Part shown: positions 1-11,056 of the stretch, piece after piece | Numbering within the stretch: the stretch's first letter is position 1 | Layout: every line of letters begins with the position of its first letter | Source: Toensbergia leucococca | Taxonomy: Eukaryota | NCBI GenBank assembly: GCA_022813965.1 | Contig: JALDZS010000048.1 | Span: 1 to 64,000 of the forward strand | Direction of reading: 5' to 3' | DNA length: 64,000 nucleotides | Program-made: the position numbers and the translations under genes | The notes under the pieces: generated by a model | Databases searched by the model: none | What the model saw: the letters and a program-made list of their open reading frames with translations, nothing else | What the model was told of the DNA's origin: nothing

Positions 1-2017
1 ATGTGTTCCCCACCTAGTCATGGTGGCTCACACGGTAAGAACCACTACCACCCGTACTTGGTATAGTCAATCCTCAAAACCCAACGCCATGACCCCATGG
101 AATATTATTCAGAAACCCAGATCTATGGGTTACATGCAATATGTTACACGTTTTTACAAAAATGCTTTACAAACCGCACGATCCTCTCATCTACCCAACA
201 ACCACCAACTCCACGCCTATCCTCCCCTCAAGATCCATGAACCTATCCTATCCCTTTTAAGTAAGGCGATATCGGAAAAGATCAGAATAATAAAGGGACA
301 CCAAACAATCATCTTCCCAATTCCCCTCCCAAACCTCACCTCCGCATCTCTCCTCTCCTGCCCTTAATCACCCCCGAAAACACAGCTTCCCAAAACTCGA
401 ACCCTTTGCCAACTTGAGGCAACATCTCATACGGAATACTCCTACCATCTTCTCAATTCCCGCTTTCGCCTCAAAGTACCATGTCCCAAAAAAGGGGTAG
501 GTAAAACTTGCAACTACTTCAACACCACATCTGAAATAAATTCTACTTTCCGAGAGGGTTCTTATAGGCCCTTTCATTTTGTGAGGGATGGATGGGTCTT
601 GAAGTGCATGGACGGCCTTTTTGAATAAGGGAGGTCAGTTGGTGTAACTACTCAAACGAAGATGATATTTATTTATTTATTTAATTTTTTTTCACCCGGG
701 TTTGGGGGATGGGTACGAGAGGGGCTGAGTATTTGGAGTGGGGGAAGTGGAGAATGGTTGGATTGGGTGGGAATGTCTTGCTGAGAAAAGGGCGGAGGAG
801 CGGCTGAGGGATTTTTCAGTTGGTAGGGGTGGATTGGGGGTAGTGGAAGCATGGCCTTTTTAGTGAGGATTGGGGTGGCTTTTGAGATGTTGGTTTGAGT
901 TTAGAAAGTGGGTTCTAAAGGGTCAAGTTTGTCTCCGATACAAATCCTTTTGGTTTAACAAAATTTTTTCATTTTCTATAAGATTAGAATAATAATTTGT
1001 CGACTGGCTGTTCTGTAAACCTTGACGCCACGCATGATTTTTCTTTCTTTCTTTTTCAGATGATTTCGCCCATTCGTCAAAGGCAGAGAAATCAGGAATT
1101 ATGTCATGATCAACGGGGGTCACGTTAAGAAATGTTCGTACCTACCTAGGCTTTGATGGGGGGCTGTTGAGAGAGTGTGTCTATCCTCTCCACCAGCTTT
1201 CTCCCCCCCCTCCAAAAAAAAAGAAAAGAAAAAAGCTACAACCTCTCGCCCCATCCATCTATCCAATCAATCTACTCGGCTCTTGGTGTTCAATTGACGG
1301 ATTGGGTGAGTCGGATGCATATCCAGAATCGAGTTGTTGTACCAGGGAGCCGCCGTTATGTTGTTTGTTGGAAAGGCCGTTTTTGAGTATCCTGTTAACA
1401 GCTTTATCGGTGCTTCGATCAGTAGATGTGTCTTTGAAGTTGCTAGCACGATCTTGAAGAAGCCCAGTCGTGAACATGCTCGTTCAATCCTTTTCTGTTT
1501 ATGATAGCCGGGTTCGGGCGCCATTATCTATTGGTATCAGAAGCGTCATTGAGATTGGGTGAAGGGTTTCCGGCAGGAGAGTTTGGAAAGGTCGTCTTTG
1601 AGGATTTCGTCCACTGAGGCGGTTGGCTTCGGATGGAACAGATAGCAGAATGGAAAATGAAAGTGTGGTATGAAAAGCTGTCTATCCGTTAGGGGAAGCA
1701 TTCGTGGACAAGAAGATGTCAAGGGATGAAAGTTCTGTATTCAGAAAAAGGACCACCAACGTTTGCCGTAGCTAGGCAGCAGCTCTTACCGCAGGAGGGA
1801 AGCAAAAGATACTGGGATGAGAACGAGGCAAAGAATATGGCCGGGCTTGCATGCAGAGTGGGTTAAGACACGGCTCATGCTGGTAAAGGGTTAGAAGATT
1901 TGGGGAAAGGCAAGGACTGATGAGTTTCACGACGCCCTCGAAACGGACCGCTACATTAGAATGATTAGTACACTAAACAGTAACAACACCTGGATATGCT
2001 GAAAGCTTGCATCTTCG

Positions 2018-2904
2018 TTATACCAGATTTCTAGAGAGTATTAGCCTCGCGCTTGCCCTTTGATCCACCATGCGCGGTTGATCAATCCCAACTTTCGCTT
2101 TTAGCCAACAATTACCCCGATAAGCAGTTGTGACACCCCAACTTACACCCACACATATCCTGTGTGGGCCGTCACCGTTGTATGTTGAGCAGGCATCAAT
2201 GCAACCATCAAAGGTGAATGTTTTCACCGTCAGCAAATCCTGAACGGTCCCCTGTCCATTCACAGCAGCTTCACCTACGGGCCAATCAACGCCACAGTGT
2301 TTGTAGTAGACTTCACCACTTGGAGTAGTATAGTTGTGCCCATCTGATGAAGGGCAGTCCATTCGTAAGCTCAGAGCTCCAACTGGATGAAGCTGATAAT
2401 TTAGTGTCGGTGACGATGAGATTTGAGGTGAAGTTGGCATTAGTGCCGTTGTAAGAAGCGAGGGGGTACTTCTAGTGCTACCGCAGATCAAGAGAATCAG
2501 CAAAGATGTCTCGGAGGTTTGTCAAAGGGAGCAAAGACCGCGTACCTAGCATGTATCATCTGATTGACCATGAAACTTCCAGCCACGCCCAGCGCGAAAG
2601 CTAGTACTACAAAGCAGATGATAACGACCTTGATCCCACAAGATCTCTTGTATTTTGGGCTCTGTTCGGAAGGTTCCAGTCCGTAATGCTGACCCAAAAA
2701 TTCTTGCAATTGAACATATGATATGACTTTTTCCGCACTTTCAAGGTCCGAAGATGCGAGAACCTCAAGACCTGTAGCTGGTTGAACTTCAGGCTCTAGA
2801 GCAGATGTGAGGTAATAATCGGGACGTTGTGAGACCTGGGGATGTCTAGATGATAGAGCCTGAAGACCCACGTCACATTGCACAGCTTCTAGGCCGTCGC
2901 ACAT
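2018..2904 (-). CDS. Single-pass membrane protein with a C-terminal Cys-rich PAN/apple-like domain (~272 aa, 2 exons)
   Basis: ORF 2497-2904 joins ORF 2018-2503 in frame across a GTACGC...CTGAT...TAG intron (2545-2478). A hydrophobic segment (VVIICFVVLAFALGVAGSFMV) is followed by an S/T-rich linker and Cys motifs HCGVDW, GCIDAC, ICVGVSW and NCWLK. Confidence 0.75.
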
Positions 2905-3970
2905 CGTACGAAACGTTAAGGACTATATCATGTAGGCTTCGATAAAGTCTCAGGTTTACAACAGTAGAAATGCTCTATCCCAACGGCAGAGCAACACGAT
3001 ATAACGGCAAAATGTAGTACGGGACAGAGGCAAGGTAGCAGGCGCCTATTTCCGCAGTTGACAAGAAAAACAAGAGACCAATGAACTGATTGCGGTAGTG
3101 GAACAAGATGACTTCGACCGCTCATGTTCAGAGGCGCGTAGAGCAGATTGAGGCCGAGTTCTGCTTTTGAGCGGAGCGCTTGTTATGAGCGTTCATAATC
3201 AGGATCGCAGGCTGGCGTTGAACAAAAATTTGCGCAGGTCATGTCTCGACTGCAGGCCTAACAGGCATTCCTCTGATAAGTCGATGAAGTCATCACATTT
3301 GAACGAGATCTCGTTACGAAGATTCTGGGTCACGATAGGCTCCCGTGAGAAGCTCAAGGAATGATGTCTACCCTCTTTTCAAAGAGGATATCGGACAGGA
3401 AAGAACAGAAATAGGGGTGTGTACACAACAAAGATACTCCAAGCACAGCAGGAGTAAGTACCATCCTGATCTTTCAATCTTTAAATGCAATACATCTTGC
3501 CATAATTAAGTAAATGTAGAATCTAACATCTTAGTTTTCATACAGCTGACTCAATCAGTATCACGATCACGGTTTACTCAACCTGAGCGTGATTCAATCA
3601 GTCTTGATTAGCTTTTGAGTATTGGAATGACTATCACATCAACTTCACCTTTTACAGATTTAAAACTTGGTCATACCAAATATGGATCTCACAGCCCTAA
3701 GTAGAATCGTCCGGCTGCATAGCAATTGAAAAAGTATAGGCACAATCGAGATGCAAGTGGCTGGTTATCCCGTAGTAGCTGCAACTGATTCTAGCCTCGA
3801 GTCCCAGCAAGGACATGATATCGCAGGAAATGACGTTTTTTATAGTATTTAGTCTCTAGGGGAATATGGAAAACCAGTTCCTCGAGGTTTTCAACAGTAA
3901 CGGTGATACCCTTGAGAAGTCAAACCATGAGTGTCGGTACGCTCAGAGCCTTACTAGCTTCTAAACAGAC

Positions 3971-5632
3971 TCATAGATCACGAACAAGCCTAGCCGCAAC
4001 CCAAGGGTACAGGTAATTCAGCCGCCACCAATTGATGCTTTCATCTATCAGTCAGTTATACGTATTCAAACAATCTGGACGACAACTGTCAAGCTCTTCC
4101 ATCCCGTGATCCGCGGGTGTGTTGCCCAAGATCCTTCGAGGACGATGTTGTGTTTGCCGTCCATGAAATCAGCTTGGAGTGTTGTAAGTAGATAGTCCTC
4201 GATATTCTCAAATAAGAATGATACGTACCCGTGTATCCAGGCACCAGGATACATATCCATCGGCTTAATTCCTTTGAATGGCTCCATGAGAGTGCTAGAA
4301 TAGTCTATTCCCAGGCACCACCTATGTCGCCCACCCCAGATAAGCGGTCTCCATTTCCCGTAACGGGCATGGGATGGAAATGCTTAAGCCCGATATTGCA
4401 ATGAGTCAGATCCACGAAAATATCCTCCCGATCAGGGCCCAGTGATGTGAGGGCTACTTTTTCAAATCCGGTTTTTCTGTTTTTCTGCCGCTCAACGACC
4501 TTGTAAACACTCCGTACCTCGTTGAACGTCGGAATGCGGCCTCCTGCCCATGCGGCATAGCCCGCGAATCCGTTAAAGGATGCCATCGCTGGCCAATCCA
4601 CCGCAAGCTTGAGTGAAACAGGACCGTATACTGTCTTGATGGAGTTACTCTCGAGAAATGAGTCCAGCTTTACGATAGACTTACCCTCGGTCTTCCCAGC
4701 GGTTGAATTTGAAATTCAAGTGATTGGGATGTCCCTGTCCATTTGGACAAGATATTCGGCGTATTCTCCGTTACTGATAGGACGAGCCTGAGCCTCGAAA
4801 GCCGGTACGTCAACCTGATAAAGAGATCCCTCATTGTCCTACGCAAAGAAACGATCAGGGCTCTCATCGTTCTCTGGATCAAAGAACCTATGAGTAATCC
4901 GGTTTGCTGGTACTGTGAACCATTGATTCTCGACCCTCTGTACAGTAGCACTTCTGGCTAAAGCCTTGAAATCGGGTGCGACTTCTGGAGGCGGAATCAC
5001 GCGGTCACTCTGCAGGAGCATGTAAAGAAACGTCTCCAAATGTAATCCTAGACGTGGGACTTGAGAAGCAAGATATATGGGCAGAGCAAACGCGACTGAC
5101 CCTCATGCTCGAAGCCAATCCAAATAGCGGGGCCCACTTTACGATCCGACCACGCTGTCCCATTATCGTATAGCTTCGTGATCCTTTAGCAATCCTGCAC
5201 CCGGAAGGATAAGATCTCGTCGACTGCCGGCCATTCCTCAGGAAGCTCACTGTGGTAATGGCAGATCTCGGGATTGTCAACATCGGGATCAATTCCTCGC
5301 TCAAAGATTGTAGCGTAGCCACTAGGTTCAGTTCACTTGCCATTAATGGCTCTTGTAAGATGAATGTCCTCGCTGGCAGCCAGTCAGTGGTGGCGTTGTA
5401 AAGTATGGAACTCCCTCTCTTACAAGGGTGGGATGTGGCCCAGGTAGAAGAGCAAAGGGTTCCGTAGCGGAATAGGTCTCTTCATCAACACATCTCGCGA
5501 GATCATCTTTGTGGTGACCAAGCCCCAGGTTTCCCAAAAATGCCACCATTCCTCCAGGCTTGGTACAGGTTCTGGCGCATACGCCCGAGGCTGTAAAAGA
5601 AACGCAAATCGACTCGATGGAGTCCTTGTCAT
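3971..5632 (-). pseudogene. egt1: Egt1-like sulfoxide synthase (DinB + FGE-sulfatase) module, inactivated; no methyltransferase domain visible
   Basis: Motifs present: LRNPLLFYLGHIP, IFERGIDPDVDNPEICHYHSE, GFEHEGLHLETFLYMLLQS, PAFEAQARPISNGEY, ADFMDGKHNIVLEGSWATHPR, INWWRLNYLYPWVAARLVRDL*. In-frame stops lie at 5333-5335, 5186-5188, 4839-4841, 4716-4718 and 4305-4307. There are also two frameshifts near 4235-4300. Confidence 0.85.
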
Positions 5633-5916
5633 TGGTAGCAGCAAGTCTCATCCCATCGATAGAGAGAATTGACGCCACTGATTTCTTTGTGATGTAACAT
5701 CTAAGACTTTGTACAATCTCTGATAGATGAGAGCGTCCCAAGTATGAGAAGAATTGGACTGCACTGCTCTCAGGAATCCCCGGTTTGAGCTTTCTTGGAG
5801 AAAGACTTCACATCATTGATAATTGACATGATCTTGCGAACTACTCAGACTATTTTTGAGAAGTGGAATACTGACAGAGATACATCATTGATGTTTTGCG
5901 TGGCGTCGATTGTGGT

Positions 5917-6261
5917 GCTTGATGTGATGGTGGGAGAGAACCTCCGGTTGTCCATACTTATCTTCTCATCCTAAATGGTGTATGTCATCTTCATTTATTC
6001 TCTGCCTTGTGCTTCAGCGTACATTTTCGCAAATGTGGCTTCAGAAATTCCTGTCCCTCTCACAGTAAGTCTTTAATTCTTTGACTTGTGCTTCATCTTC
6101 ATCACGGTGTCACTCATGACGCTTGCGACGCTTGATGTGATAGTTGTAGAGAATCTTCAGTTGTTCATCCTTCATCTTCTCATCCTCACTGATATATGCT
6201 GTCTTCATTTCTTCTCTGCCTCATGCGTCAGCGTACATTTTCATGAGTGTGACTTCAGAAA
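5917..6261 (+). repeat. Degenerate direct repeat of ~130 bp (5917-6047 and 6130-6261)
   Basis: Both copies start GCTTGATGTGAT, share ATCTTCTCATCCT and TCAGCGTACATTTTC, and end CTTCAGAAA. Manual alignment gives about 80% identity, with mostly transitions. Confidence 0.85.
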
Positions 6262-6502
6262 GAATATAATGCTAGATGAGTTTTCTTCTCTTGCTGTATA
6301 GCCTCAGGTTGAGAGGTTCTGATGTTTCAATTCTCTTATCAGTTCTCAACTGATGGGCCGTTGTGTGTAAGATCCTATATGATTTCTTGTCAAACTCGTT
6401 CACGAATTTTGTAGGTTTGCTAGGCACACGGACAGCAAAGTCAACTACTTCATCAACAGAGAAGGCATGGAGCTCAGATGCAGGGACAAGATTGAACGAC
6501 AT
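5917..6502 (-). pseudogene. Decayed gene of unknown family, charged/helical, with an internal partial duplication
   Basis: The frame starting MSFNLVPASELHAF (6502) stays protein-like through TAG/TGA stops: ...KRRKLI*HYILSEVTLMKMYADA*GREEMKTAYISEDEKMKDEQLKILYNYHIKRRKRHE*. The other repeat copy reads SEATFAKMYAEAQGRE*MKMTYTI*DEK. Confidence 0.5.
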
Positions 6503-8663
6503 AATGTGAGAATTTGAAAGATGTGTTGAGAATACGGGAGAAGACTTTCTTGAAATGATCACGTATATGATCGATGCGATGATGAATATCGGCATGATTT
6601 TTTTTGATGTGTGTTGAGAAGTTGCTGAGGAAGCACTCACTTCAAACCATATTTTGATGAAGTTCTGCTGCCGAGGTACCTGGGACTTGTTCCAAAATCA
6701 GTCCTTGTTTTGAGAAATCTGAAGTTTCAATCCCGACCCAAAATTGTCTCTTCACAAGACGAAATGTTCGGGCCCCGAAGTGGGCAACTTTTTCATCCCA
6801 TTAGCTAACAACCCTTTGTATCTCCGCGCTGATTTTGCTAGTAACGGTGAAGACCTGTGATATTCATAGACGTTGCCAGGTGATGGGGCAAATACTGAAA
6901 AAAATCGCAAAGCACATGTAAAGGGCCTTGCAGGTAGTCATTGTATCCGAAGAACCCCGAGAACGGTGCCATCAATCGAAAGAATATCATCTTCATCTTT
7001 CTGTAAAGAGTTGGCTCGCTAGGAACTAGGCACTAGCGAGTTGATCAAGACTTCTGGCGTCGAGTGGCGTTATCCTCGGAGCCGCGAGCCTTTGTTCAGT
7101 TTCATTACCGGCATCGCCATGTTGGCCAGTGAAGTGACCCATGGGCGAGCAGCATACCAGCTACTTCCAAATGACTATCATGGTACTCCACTGACCAATG
7201 CAGCGTGGTCCGTTAGCCTACAAAAAAAAGGGAATGATTTAGGAGAGCTTCAATTTTCAAGCTGCTATGGGGTGCGAAACGTCTATGAAGTCCAGATCAG
7301 GCGATTTGTACCCTAAAACATGCAGAAAAGGCTCAGCTCCTTCCCCGTAACATGAGGATTTTGAAGCTTCATCACAAGGAGAGACACGTGGACGAGCGAA
7401 GGCCTGGCATGTACGGAGTAGAAAGAGACAGATGAGTCGATGTCGCCGGTCTCGGCAGTCCTTCAAGCGTAGCTTTTCAAAATCTTTCTCATGTGCGGGC
7501 AAACTGTTTTTCAGTGCGACCTGCTGACCTGTTGGGAGATCTCCCGCCACATTGGGCTTCCAGTGTTGTTGGAACCTCCAGCGGACAAATTTGCGGAAGC
7601 AAGAAAACTTGAGACAGATCTTGGATGAACGATGACCTGTATGTTACACAGCTTTTGGATTCGAAAATATAGACAGAAAAGAGTAACTCGGTGGCAGTTT
7701 ACTCCACGAAAAGTCTTCTGGGTTGCAAGAACATCTGCTATGTGCCAACGCTGCTTGTCCGATTGATACTGATTTTTCAATCCTGCCACTTTTACTTCCC
7801 CCGCGATTTGATGCAGGTAGAAACCCCAGGGTTCTAAGAGTCGATGCTCTCTGGATTGAAAATACCTAGCTATTTGGTGCCAGTGAGGTGTGGTAAGTGG
7901 TTGGTAAGCTTTGGCCTATCACGTCAAGTGTAGGATCATCCTTTCTAGCAGCTGATGGACAGAGAAAAAATGTGTGAGACTGAATAGGCTTTTACTTTTT
8001 ATCCCCACTCTTAAATCTGAGAGGTTAGTATCCTAGCCGTAGATAGCACCTGCCTGCTGCACCCTTCACATTTTCCATTGAAATGTGTCAATTCTCACTT
8101 ATACCACTAGGTATCTCTACAACATCAATAGTGTGAGAAAGCTTTACAATGGTGATTGATAATGATGTGATAAGATGATTGTCATTGAATATTAATGTAC
8201 GACACCTCTTATTTCACTATCACTAGCTGATGCTATGTTCCCCCCTTAAATTCAAGAGACTAGCAGTTCATTCATGCATTTCCTTTCTGTTGTTCAGAGT
8301 CAATGACTCATGGACTAGTGATAATGATTGTTGTGTACAATTCCTATGATTCTAGTATCAACTTCAACTTCATGAAGATGTCGCTGAAGAATAAATGATT
8401 TGATACTTGAGCTCTTAGTAAGGTAGAATATTTCATTTAGCCAGCTCCTACCTTGACATTTTGTCTCAACCATTGACTCACAAGATAAGTGATGTTGCTA
8501 CAATTACATCCTGTCCTCATCCCAAATCCAGACTCTCTACCAAAAAAACCCAGCCCCTTCAAATATTCCTACAACAAGCACCCAAATCTTACATGACACC
8601 AGAGGCCAATACAGCTTTCCCGGATCCCCTCACTCCATCTCTCCCAGCCTACCAGCTCTCCTC

Positions 8664-9665
8664 TCAAATCCTCCCCTCCCTCCTTAACCCCTCATACAAA
8701 GCCCAAGCCGCCAAAATCTTCCCATCCCGAGCCCCAACCCTCCACAGCCGCTCCAACGGACAGAGCACCAGCGTAATCTTTTCCCCCTCCCCTCTCAACC
8801 CCGACAACTTCCCCTCCCAGCCCCTCATCTGCTCCCGACTCACCCTCTTCTGCCACAAAAACAGCGGTACAAACTCGTCACATCCACCAGGCGACATGTA
8901 AACCCCCCTCTCCAAGTCTTCCCGTTCCTCTCCCTCCTCCCCCTCCTCCCCCTCCTCCCTTGTGGAACCCAAAGCCAGTTCCGTAAGATTGACCAAGTCC
9001 CCAGCCGGGATCTCCAGCCCCGTCTCCTCGGCAATTTCCTTCGCCGCCCCACCGCTGAAAGTGCCGCTGTCATCGAGCATACCGGCGGGTAGTTCGGGGA
9101 GCGAGAGCGAGCCGGCGGGGATGCGGGGCTGGAGGGTGAGAATGACTTGTTTCTCGGCCTCGGTGTCAGGGGCCAGGTCGTCGGGTTGAAGGATCAGCTT
9201 TTTTTTTAAAAAAGGAGGTCAGTACATCAGTACTAATGATTTAGTGGCCCTGTTACGAGCGAGTCAGATTTCAAAAACCATCATGCCCACGCTCCCGCCC
9301 CTCAAAAACACCGATCCAGGCAACTTCTCCCCGCGCTCGTTCGTAACCTCGGCGCGCAGTTTTACAAAGCCAACGCGGTCGCCGCCGAAGTAATCGACGG
9401 CTTGCACATCTATCGTGCGGAGGCTGTAAGGGGAGGCGTGGAAGGGGTGGGATCTTTGGCGCTGCAGGGATAGGGAGTGTGTGAGGGTGGAGAGCCAATT
9501 TTGGAAGGGGATGAAGGAGAGGAGTTTGTCTTCGGAGAGGGTAGGCGGGAGGTGGATGGGGAGGGGAGGGGAGTGATTGGGGAGGTGGAAGGTTGACATT
9601 GTGGCTTTGGATGTGAGGGGTCGGGGGAGGAGGTAGTGAGCTATTAGTCGGGAGCGGGAGAACAT
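8664..9665 (-). CDS. Nudix hydrolase (NUDT14/ADP-sugar pyrophosphatase-like), 2 exons
   Basis: Exon 1 has VDYFGGDRVGFVKL and LPGSVFLRGGSV. After an intron (~9280-9199) come QPRIPAGSLSLPELPAGMLDDSGTFSGGAAKEIAEETGL (Nudix box) and YMSPGGCDEF. An alternative start lies at 9599. Confidence 0.88.
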
Positions 9666-10015
9666 GAATGGGGTCGGAGGTGGTGGTGGAGGGGATTGCA
9701 AGAGGCCATGTTGGTGCCATTGTTCAGGGAGCTAATGATCACCAGAAGACGAGCTTTGCCCAGAACAATATTCGCTAATCACATTACAGCGAGCTTTAAG
9801 ATGGAGCTCTACTTTTTTCCCCTCGACTTTCCAGTCGCTAGAATACCCTAAAATGTGTCATGAAAAGTGACTTCGTCAAAACCTCTTCCTACCGTATTTC
9901 GGCTGCCAAATCTCTTGCGCGCATAGCGTACACAGTACGGAGTACCTACTTTCACTTTCTGAGTTCTCTACCACTCTTTCGGAACATCTTCCTGCCTCCT
10001 ATCGTACTCTTAAAT

Positions 10016-11056
10016 TCACAAAGAAACAACCACCTTCTTAGCGGACATGCCCTTCTTCTGTAGGTCAAACCCGGCTTGAATGTACTCAAGACCTTTCCCA
10101 ACGACGTGCGGATCTGGGGCTGCGATATACTTGCCTTCAGCGAGAGCTTTTGGCAAGAAATCCTCATAGATGGCCTTGCTAACTTCATTGTCTTTCAGAT
10201 CACTGCCGAATATGAACTTTGCGCTGACACCGCTGGGCAGCTTCTCAGGCACCTGTAAGGCCATGGAAACAAATTTCTTGCCCTTGGACTTATCAACAAT
10301 TTCCAGGCAGGCCTCAGCCGCGGCCGTTCCATTACCGGTAGCTAGTACGCTACCGATAGCGAGCGCCCCAGCAATTATTTTACCCTTGAATGCTTCAATC
10401 AAGTCGTTAACAACGGTCTCACTATTATAGTCAAAGACCTGGCTAGCTCCTAGCTTCTTCACATATTCAAAGTTCTTTGGTGAAGCAGTTGTTATGACCT
10501 CATATCCAGCAGCGACTGCGAGCTGAATACCGTTACTGCCAACGCTCGTTGAGCCTGCCCAGACAAGTAGAGCCTTCCCGGTTGGCTTTGGAGACACTGA
10601 GGGGTATTGAAGTGCCAGATAATCTTTCTGAAATAAACCGCATGCTGCAGTGGATAGACCCAAGGGGAGGACAGCAGCGCTTTCATAGGATAAGGTGATA
10701 GGAATGGGCGATGCCATATGAGTTAGTAGGACGGTGTATGCCTGAAAAGCACCTGAGGAGGCTCCGTTGCTCAAACCCACTCCATGACCAAGAACACGGT
10801 CACCTATTTTGAAACGAGAGACGGCATTACCGATCTCAACGACCTCGCCCGCGGCGTCGGAGCCGAGGATAGCAGGGTAAGTTATCCAGGCAAACAAGCC
10901 ATCACCCAGATCTTGTATAAACCAGTCAACCGGGTTGATTGCCACTGCGCCATTCTTGATGACAATCTCATTCTCACCTGGCGAGGTGTAAGGAGCGGAC
11001 TTGATCTCGAGAGGGGTGGCTTTTGCCGTCAGCCATGCCGCTACGTTAGAAGGCAT
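10016..11056 (-). CDS. Medium-chain dehydrogenase/reductase, enoyl-reductase-like (CipB-like)
   Basis: Intronless 346-aa ORF with AVAINPVDW, ILGSDAAGEV, LPLGLSTAACGLF, WAGSTSVGSNGIQLA, TASPKNFEYVKKLGA and a C-terminal SAKKVVV. Confidence 0.92.
   Translation of the reverse strand: MPSNVAAWLTAKATPLEIKSAPYTSPGENEIVIKNGAVAINPVDWFIQDLGDGLFAWITYPAILGSDAAGEVVEIGNAVSRFKIGDRVLGHGVGLSNGASSGAFQAYTVLLTHMASPIPITLSYESAAVLPLGLSTAACGLFQKDYLALQYPSVSPKPTGKALLVWAGSTSVGSNGIQLAVAAGYEVITTASPKNFEYVKKLGASQVFDYNSETVVNDLIEAFKGKIIAGALAIGSVLATGNGTAAAEACLEIVDKSKGKKFVSMALQVPEKLPSGVSAKFIFGSDLKDNEVSKAIYEDFLPKALAEGKYIAAPDPHVVGKGLEYIQAGFDLQKKGMSAKKVVVSL

Noticed and set aside
1..1524. Minus-strand ORF fragments (DSGYAS-containing 1259-1477, 923-1123, 368-577)
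   Set aside because: I could not join them into a consistent spliced frame or recognise a family. They may be a decayed gene but are unsupported as a feature.
4716..5335. In-frame TGA codons as selenocysteine or readthrough
   Set aside because: The same gene also has TAA and TAG stops, frameshifts and a damaged splice donor, so pseudogenisation explains them.
6650..7800. Broken ORFs, one loosely kinase-like (LILEQVPG)
   Set aside because: No catalytic motifs found; too degraded to call.
7908..7948. Resemblance to the U2 snRNA 5' region (TTTGGC...TCAAGTGTAG.ATC)
   Set aside because: The branch-pairing GTAGTA is not intact and no Sm site or downstream stems are evident. Likely chance.
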